From: an uncultured virus (IMG/VR IMGVR_UViG_3300025073_000045)
Lineage: Duplodnaviria > Heunggongvirae > Uroviricota > Caudoviricetes
DNA: 64,000 nt
IMG/VR virus record: IMGVR_UViG_3300025073_000045
Location: 1-64,000 of that record
Strand: one strand, 5' to 3'
Shown: piece by piece, positions 57,766 through 64,000 of the stretch
Numbering within the stretch: the first letter of the stretch is position 1
Layout: each line of letters begins with the position of its first letter
Made by a program: the position numbers and the translations under genes
The notes under the pieces: generated by a model
Databases searched by the model: none
The model's input: the letters and a program-made list of their open reading frames with translations, nothing else
What the model was told of the DNA's origin: nothing

Positions 57766-59885
57766 AATTTATCTCCCAATTCTAAGAATCTTTTTGCAAC
57801 ATTAATCCAAGATAAGTTCTTAGACTGTTCTAATCCTTTTTGATGATAATCATACCAGTCAATATCATTGGTTAATAAATGTTTAACAGCATTTATAAAA
57901 TTTTCTCTATGGTCTTTATTTTTTATCCAACCATCAACAATAATACCGGCATTTCCAACTCTTTCTCTCAAACAACCCCAATCTGAAGCAACTGCTGGAG
58001 TTCCTGCTGCTTGAGCTTCAATGGCTGTAATACAAAATGTTTCTAACCATGTGCAAGGATATAACCATAATTTACTAGACATATATTCTTTTGCAAGATC
58101 TTTCTGATTATGATATCCTCTATAAATTAATCCAGGTGTTTCTTTCCAATAATTTGGATGTTTTCTAATATTATCTGGATAGTATCCAAAAACATGTAAT
58201 TCTAATCTATTATCCCATTTTTTTAGTTCTTCAAAAATGGGTATCAACTCAGTCATGCCTCTATCTGGATTACTTGAATATATTAATTTTGTAGGTATTC
58301 TTTCTACTTTTTGGTTAAATCTTGATAAATCTAAACCATTAGCAAAAATCTCCATTTTACTAGTAGGTATAAATGGATATGCAGCCGTAAAGAATCTATA
58401 ATGATATCTTGATAACACTAAAAATTTATCAAAATAGTTTATATTAATAGGATTAATCCTGTTATAATAGTTTAAATCATGAGCCCAAAAATAAACTTTA
58501 GTCTTTGGATTCACAAATCTAAATTCTGGTAATCTTGACACTATTAAAGTATGTATTTCATTTATCTTTTCAAAAGCATCAAATTTCTCTATAGGTTCCC
58601 AAGCTACACCATCAATGATTTTTGGATTACCACAATTATTAAAAACATAAACTAAGTGACCTAATTTAGCAAGTTCTTTTGAAAGTTGTATTACTGCAAT
58701 TTCAGATCCGCCAATTCCTTTCTCAGTGTTATCTGCGTCCCAAGTATGCCCAGCATCAGGTTTTACATAGAAAACTATTAACTGTTGTTTTCTTTTTACA
58801 ACTTCATAAGTGTCTCTTTGAGCAGTTAAATATTCATACCTTGACCTAACATCATCATAAACTTCTAGATTAACTAATGGTTTAAAAAACTCAGATCCTT
58901 CTGAGAATCGACCAGTCTGATCATAACAACTACTTAAATATGCATATGCTTGATGTATTCCTGCATAAGCAGCTATTTTAAGATATGGAATAGCTTCTGC
59001 ATATTTAATTTCATTAAAAAGCTTAATTCCGTTATTAAAATTAATAATTCCCCAATCTACCATTTGTCCTTGTAGTTTTTTTGATTTTAATTCAATGACT
59101 GCTTTTAAAGGTGTTTTATTTTCTGGTACAGGCATTGAATATCTTTCAATCAAAGTAGCACTTAATAGTTCTGCATTACCTTCATTAAATCTAATAGTAT
59201 CAGTAGAATTGGTATATTTGTCAAGTATTGATAAATTACCAAACCTTTCAATCAAGAAATTGGTAAAATCATTAATGGGTATCGCTTTATCCGTTGATTT
59301 TCCAACCAAATGATTGATTTCCATAGTAGAATCTACTAATATTAAGAAATTTTCTCGTTCAGCAAATAATGCAAAATCTAAATCTAATCCGCCATGAAAG
59401 TAATTTAATTTTTTCCCTTTTAAACCTTTTAAGAAAGCTTTTACAAATGAATTTGACAAAACTGCAGATTGCAAATCAGAATATCTAGTGAGAAATATAC
59501 CCTTTTGTGTAATTCTCTGGGGAGATATAAATCCATTAAGAGTGTCATTAACCTTTGTTGTGACTATACCAATATTATCAGCATGATTAATCAAATTTAA
59601 GAATTTATCTAAGTAATTATATTGTAAATCCAAAACACAATCACTATTTAAAAGCCAATATCCAGCATAATCTTCTTTACAGCTTAACCATTTTAATACA
59701 GTTTGATCGAATCCAAGATTACGGGTGCTAAGTTCAGTAGCTTCTGTCATCTTATTTGAAGAACTATTATCCCAAATAGTTAAATCAAACTTTGATTCAT
59801 CAAATGTCTTAATTTGATTCATTAAGTTTTTTGTTAATTCTGGGGTTTCATAATTAATTACTAAAATTGCAATCTTATTTTTCAT
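57762..59885 (-). CDS. Multidomain glycosyltransferase: GT2 (GT-A) + TPR-like helices + GT4 (GT-B)
   Basis: GT2: LVINY, WDNSS, NLGF, LLNSD, DLDF. TPR-like: Y.EAIPYLK.A...AYAYLS.CY...G. GT4: GGSE, WAHD, NGLD, YSSNPDRG, ETFCITAIEAQAAG. Confidence 0.85.
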   Translation of the reverse strand: MKNKIAILVINYETPELTKNLMNQIKTFDESKFDLTIWDNSSSNKMTEATELSTRNLGFDQTVLKWLSCKEDYAGYWLLNSDCVLDLQYNYLDKFLNLINHADNIGIVTTKVNDTLNGFISPQRITQKGIFLTRYSDLQSAVLSNSFVKAFLKGLKGKKLNYFHGGLDLDFALFAERENFLILVDSTMEINHLVGKSTDKAIPINDFTNFLIERFGNLSILDKYTNSTDTIRFNEGNAELLSATLIERYSMPVPENKTPLKAVIELKSKKLQGQMVDWGIINFNNGIKLFNEIKYAEAIPYLKIAAYAGIHQAYAYLSSCYDQTGRFSEGSEFFKPLVNLEVYDDVRSRYEYLTAQRDTYEVVKRKQQLIVFYVKPDAGHTWDADNTEKGIGGSEIAVIQLSKELAKLGHLVYVFNNCGNPKIIDGVAWEPIEKFDAFEKINEIHTLIVSRLPEFRFVNPKTKVYFWAHDLNYYNRINPININYFDKFLVLSRYHYRFFTAAYPFIPTSKMEIFANGLDLSRFNQKVERIPTKLIYSSNPDRGMTELIPIFEELKKWDNRLELHVFGYYPDNIRKHPNYWKETPGLIYRGYHNQKDLAKEYMSSKLWLYPCTWLETFCITAIEAQAAGTPAVASDWGCLRERVGNAGIIVDGWIKNKDHRENFINAVKHLLTNDIDWYDYHQKGLEQSKNLSWINVAKRFLELGDKL

Positions 59886-61750
59886 ATTTTTTTCCTTAGA
59901 TATTCAAGGTTTGCAGGATTTTGTTTGTCAATTGTATACCAGTCTGCTTTTCCTGTTCTTAAATCATGAGTATCTTTAAAATATCTTTTAAACATTTCTT
60001 TTATGTTCTCTAACCCATAATTTTCAACAGCATATTTTCTTATCTTTTCTGGATTAAGCTTCTCAGATGATTTACAAGCCCAGTAAATATCATTCATAGT
60101 TTTACATCTATAACCAGTTATTCCATGGAGGTTTGTTTCAACAAAAGCTCCATAGTCACTGGTAATAATTGGAGTACCACATAACATGGCTTCAATTGGA
60201 GCATGACCAAATGGCTCAACATATAGACTAAAATAGATTAGAGCTTTAGCTTTTGATAAGTATTTAACTTTTTGCTTAAGTGGTAATACTCCTACTTCAA
60301 CTACATGATCAAATACTTTATATACTGAACCCGCTTGAATGTCAGGATCAAATATACTACCACCGCCTATAACTACAAGTTTTTTGCCTAATTGGTGAGT
60401 GACATCAATAGCAACTGATAAGCCTTTACCCCAAGTTTTCCTTCCCAAGAATACATAATAATCATCTTTCTCTGCTTCAAATGGGTAATCATCTACATTA
60501 AAATATGCTGGGATAACATAATCATAGTTGTTTGGAAAATATGAGGGAGAGTTTTTATTCCACCTATAGTAACAAGCTGTTGCCCATGTGTATGATTCAA
60601 AAATTCTATCCGGTAAATATGATCCACCATGTCCTATTCCAGGTTCAATACAAATACAATGAGATGCATAGACATCTGTGATAGGTCTAAAAGCATCCCC
60701 AAAGAAATTTAGAATAAAATCATGCTTTTTAACTCTTGACTCAAGACTTTCAATTGTATTCTTAATAAAAGCTTCAAAATCAAGACCTTCTTGATTAGTT
60801 AGATGGTCAAGAGCATTTTTATCTCTTTTGCCATGTATTTTATTATGCATGCTCTCAGAAACAACAGAAACAAATTCATCAATCTTCTCATCAATTTTGC
60901 TTCCTTCAACACCATAAACAATTACTTTATAGTCTAATTCTTTAAGCATCCTGCACATATAAATAATTTTAGTATTGAATGGATTATTAGGTGCTTCTTC
61001 CCATCCAAGTTTATAATCTGCTAAGCCTAATAGGTGAAACGTTGGTTTTTCTGGTTCTTTCAATTTTGTTTCAATAACTGAATTCACTATATACCCAACA
61101 TGCCATGACATTTCATTGTTAGCAGCGGTTATAGTATCTGTAATAACCATACCTAGTTTTTCAAGATCCTCAATTGATATCTGGTTAATATGCTCAGATC
61201 CTTCATCTGCTGGATTTCCAGTAACTCCTGGCCACATATGTTCTTCTCTTGGTATAGTTATTAATAAAAGTCCATTATCAGATAACCAAGATTTAACTTT
61301 ATTAATTGTCTCAGCTGGATTGATTAAATGTTCAATAATCTCTCCCATTATGATAACATCAAACTTTTCAAATGTTTTATATGTTTCAACATCTGCATTG
61401 ATGTAGGGTAAAGCATATCTAAATTCTCCTAAGTGACATGCCTTTACATTTAATTCAAGACATTGAACTTTATTATAACCCAACATTTTAAGCTCATTTG
61501 AAAACAAACCAGACCAAGCTCCAATATCAAGAATTTTGATATCTTTACCTTTTACAGCACTAAGAGTTGATACTGCATTTTTTACAAAATCAAGTCTAGG
61601 TCTTATTAAAGGATTATTTGCTGAATCAAGCCATACATTCTCATTACCTCTATAATATTCTTTAACAATCTCTCTATTATGAGGGGTATTTATACCTTTC
61701 ATTATCTCTGAAGTAGCTTTCTTGAATTGTTCAGTACTTATTTTATTCAT
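59882..61750 (-). CDS. Class I SAM methyltransferase fused to a GT4 glycosyltransferase
   Basis: ILDIGAWSG, FDVII.GEIIEHL..P; FLGR..WGKG, EPFG...IEAMLCGTPII. Confidence 0.85.
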   Translation of the reverse strand: MNKISTEQFKKATSEIMKGINTPHNREIVKEYYRGNENVWLDSANNPLIRPRLDFVKNAVSTLSAVKGKDIKILDIGAWSGLFSNELKMLGYNKVQCLELNVKACHLGEFRYALPYINADVETYKTFEKFDVIIMGEIIEHLINPAETINKVKSWLSDNGLLLITIPREEHMWPGVTGNPADEGSEHINQISIEDLEKLGMVITDTITAANNEMSWHVGYIVNSVIETKLKEPEKPTFHLLGLADYKLGWEEAPNNPFNTKIIYMCRMLKELDYKVIVYGVEGSKIDEKIDEFVSVVSESMHNKIHGKRDKNALDHLTNQEGLDFEAFIKNTIESLESRVKKHDFILNFFGDAFRPITDVYASHCICIEPGIGHGGSYLPDRIFESYTWATACYYRWNKNSPSYFPNNYDYVIPAYFNVDDYPFEAEKDDYYVFLGRKTWGKGLSVAIDVTHQLGKKLVVIGGGSIFDPDIQAGSVYKVFDHVVEVGVLPLKQKVKYLSKAKALIYFSLYVEPFGHAPIEAMLCGTPIITSDYGAFVETNLHGITGYRCKTMNDIYWACKSSEKLNPEKIRKYAVENYGLENIKEMFKRYFKDTHDLRTGKADWYTIDKQNPANLEYLRKKI

Positions 61751-61761
61751 TACTATTTCCT

Positions 61762-62058
61762 TTAATTTTTATTTATAATATCATTAATTGATTTAATTGA
61801 TTTATTATCACTAACATTTTTTAAAATACCATATACCAAGCTTTCTAATGACATCTCTTTTTCAATTTGTGTAATGTAAACTAATCTTATTACTAGAAAA
61901 AGTGCTACTAATACATAATAAATTGTACTTATTACTGTAGATGGGTTAAACTTATCTAATATTAACCATGTTATCAATACTTGACTTAAATAAAAACCTT
62001 TCCGTATTGAATTACTCTTTAGCTTATATTCTGATATAATCTGGACATTATTTCTCAT
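61762..62058 (-). CDS. Small two-TM membrane protein
   Basis: Two hydrophobic stretches; ATGA overlap. Confidence 0.55.
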   Translation of the reverse strand: MRNNVQIISEYKLKSNSIRKGFYLSQVLITWLILDKFNPSTVISTIYYVLVALFLVIRLVYITQIEKEMSLESLVYGILKNVSDNKSIKSINDIINKN

Positions 62059-63077
62059 GACTCTTTTTCCAAATACTTTTTTACTTGTTTTAGAATATAT
62101 TCACCAACTTGTGGTACAATACCTTTCCCTATCTGATCTAATACTTTATTTTCGCTTCCAATAAACAAGAAGTCTAAAGGTAGTCCCATAAGGCATGCTG
62201 ATTCTCTTCCTGTAAGGAGTCTATGTTCCCAAGGATGTATGTACCTAGTTGCTGAAGACATGATAACTGGACCACATTTTGTTGAGTCCAGTCTTTTGTT
62301 GTTGATTCCTCCGTAGAGACCTTCTCCAGGACGAATACGAGACATTTTTTCAATTTTTTCTTCTGAATGTTTTGGAAAATGATCATTATGTAAAGTAACA
62401 CCTTGTCTTCTAAGGTCATCAAGTTCTTCAAAGATAGGCCCAATAGATAGTTCAGCTCTATAATCTTTTTCTGGTGGTTCTAACATAAACCTAAAAGGAA
62501 ATCTACTACCAATTGTAAATAGCCTATCTCTCACTTGAGGTATACCAACTTCAGTTGGGGTAATCCTATGCTCTTCAATATAATAATCATACAGAGGAAC
62601 TTCTTCTTTTGAGATTTGATGCTTTAATATAAATCCAGCAGGAGTAGAATTAAATTGAACAAAGTTTTTCACAGAAGGTATATTTTCAAGAATGAATACT
62701 TTTGGTTTTCTAGCAATAATTTCTAATATAAATCTTACATATTCAAAATCTTGAAATTCTTTCATAGCCATAGTTTTTGCATTCTTGGAATTTCTAGAAC
62801 TTGATGATATCTCTCCACAACTTGGACTTCCCCAAATAACATCAACTGGGTATTGATGAAAAGCTTCCAGTTCACTTGAATACATAATAGATTGAAAATT
62901 GCTACGGAAAGTTTTTATATTAAAATAAGGTCGTGGTTCTAGACCCCATCTAGCATTCATACCTGCCCAAAGTGCTCCTAAAATAGGAAAACCTGCTCCA
63001 CAATAGATACTACCAAAAGAAACTTTCGATATTGGATGTGGTATTAATTCATCTTTAGTGCTTAGAATTTTACTCAT
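62055..63077 (-). CDS. Divergent DNA cytosine-C5 methyltransferase
   Basis: Motif I YCGAG, IV GSPSC, VI ENI, VIII PQ.RDRLF, IX R.LT.RE.A.LMG.P, X QIGKG. Confidence 0.8.
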   Translation of the reverse strand: MSKILSTKDELIPHPISKVSFGSIYCGAGFPILGALWAGMNARWGLEPRPYFNIKTFRSNFQSIMYSSELEAFHQYPVDVIWGSPSCGEISSSSRNSKNAKTMAMKEFQDFEYVRFILEIIARKPKVFILENIPSVKNFVQFNSTPAGFILKHQISKEEVPLYDYYIEEHRITPTEVGIPQVRDRLFTIGSRFPFRFMLEPPEKDYRAELSIGPIFEELDDLRRQGVTLHNDHFPKHSEEKIEKMSRIRPGEGLYGGINNKRLDSTKCGPVIMSSATRYIHPWEHRLLTGRESACLMGLPLDFLFIGSENKVLDQIGKGIVPQVGEYILKQVKKYLEKES

Positions 63078-63372
63078 TTCTAATACTTTTCCATAAGATT
63101 AAATAATTTATTAAATCTTTGATAGTATCATTTACTGATTCATTTGCAACAACTTTGTTTGGATTATTAGTTAATTCTCTTAATCTTGCAAGCTTAGTAC
63201 CAATTAGTACTTTACAAGATTGCTCTTGTGTAACTCCAGCAAAATCACCGGAATATTTAAAATTAGAAAGACCATCAATCTCTGCAGCATAGTCATTCCC
63301 CTTTTTTCTTAATGTTTCCAAACACTCTGAAAAATCTGATTCCGCTAATTTAATTATGTCAGCAATTAACAT
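63070..63372 (-). CDS. Nucleotide-modification-associated domain 1 (DUF1599-like) protein
   Basis: KKGNDYA...NF...KLARL...ESV.DT..DL.NY. Confidence 0.65.
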   Translation of the reverse strand: MLIADIIKLAESDFSECLETLRKKGNDYAAEIDGLSNFKYSGDFAGVTQEQSCKVLIGTKLARLRELTNNPNKVVANESVNDTIKDLINYLILWKSIRNE

Positions 63373-64000
63373 TCTTTAACCTCTCTATAGTATAAGAAAT
63401 AGCATTATGATTTATGTCACACCCAATGAAATCTATATTTAATTCTTTTGCAACAACAACAGAAGTTCCTGAACCAACAAAAGGATCAAAGAATACTCCA
63501 TCACTTGGACAACTTGAGTCTATAATTGGATATAATAAAGATTTTGGCTTTTGAGTAGGGTAACCAGTTCTCTCTGTTTTATCATTTTGACCTAGAATTG
63601 AAATGGTCCATACATCGTCTAATATTTTACCTCTTTGATCATAATATTTTTCTTTATCATAACCTCTTGGTGCAGTTTCTGAATATGGTTGTCTTACATA
63701 TTTAGAATCTGGGTTGAAATAATAGTTCTCAGTTTTTGTATATCTTAATATAGTATCATGTCTTTTTCCAAAATCTTTTTTCTTACGAGGTGCAGAATTA
63801 TAGTACCATATTATTTCATTTCTGAAATTATGATCACCAAAAATACCATCAATAAGTATTCTTATCCAATGGGAAATGATTGAATCACAATGAAAGTATA
63901 ATAAACCAGTTGGTTTAAGAACCCTATGCATTTCTATTAATCTTGGAGTATAGAATTCCAATATGTCTAATCTCACAGGTTTTAAATCTTTAAACTCCTT
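63359..64000 (-). CDS. DNA N6-adenine/N4-cytosine methyltransferase, beta class (5' truncated)
   Basis: RVLKPTG, FRNEIIW.Y, DVW, YPTQKP, DPFVGSGT. The frame is open to the window edge and the DPPY motif is not in the window. Confidence 0.88.
   Translation of the reverse strand, partial: KEFKDLKPVRLDILEFYTPRLIEMHRVLKPTGLLYFHCDSIISHWIRILIDGIFGDHNFRNEIIWYYNSAPRKKKDFGKRHDTILRYTKTENYYFNPDSKYVRQPYSETAPRGYDKEKYYDQRGKILDDVWTISILGQNDKTERTGYPTQKPKSLLYPIIDSSCPSDGVFFDPFVGSGTSVVVAKELNIDFIGCDINHNAISYTIERLKNVNC

Noticed and set aside
42192..61406. Short + strand ORFs within the - strand arm
   Set aside because: They are antisense to well-supported genes and have no recognisable motifs.

Overview
This window is a 64-kb internal segment of an AT-rich tailed dsDNA phage genome in the standard genetic code. 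It looks siphovirus-like: a tail tube and a 1675-aa tape measure protein are present, with no sheath. No terminase, portal, integrase, tRNA or CRISPR array is visible. The + strand arm (1-38736) is late/structural: collagen-like fibres, three beta-propeller paralogues with an embedded glycosyltransferase, a lysis cassette, the head module (protease/scaffold, cement, Mu gpT-like capsid) and the tail module. The - strand arm (38849-64000) covers replication, recombination and modification: SbcCD-like nuclease, RuvC-like resolvase, RecA, SSB, PolA with an N-terminal UDG-like domain, dCMP deaminase, DnaG, two multidomain glycosyltransferases and two DNA methyltransferases. The most unusual signal is that three virion proteins carry Gly-X-Y collagen repeats with cysteine systematically at the Y position (GLC/GNC/GFC/GIC), where known glycosylated bacterial collagens have Thr. 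The phage also encodes four glycosyltransferase domains, including a GT2-TPR enzyme, which makes this a candidate virion S-glycosylation or thiol-coat system. Other highlights are a stand-alone PAS sensor translationally coupled to the lysis genes and a tail-hub gene apparently split by an inserted fibre gene. All family calls come from motif recognition by eye; no database searches were run.
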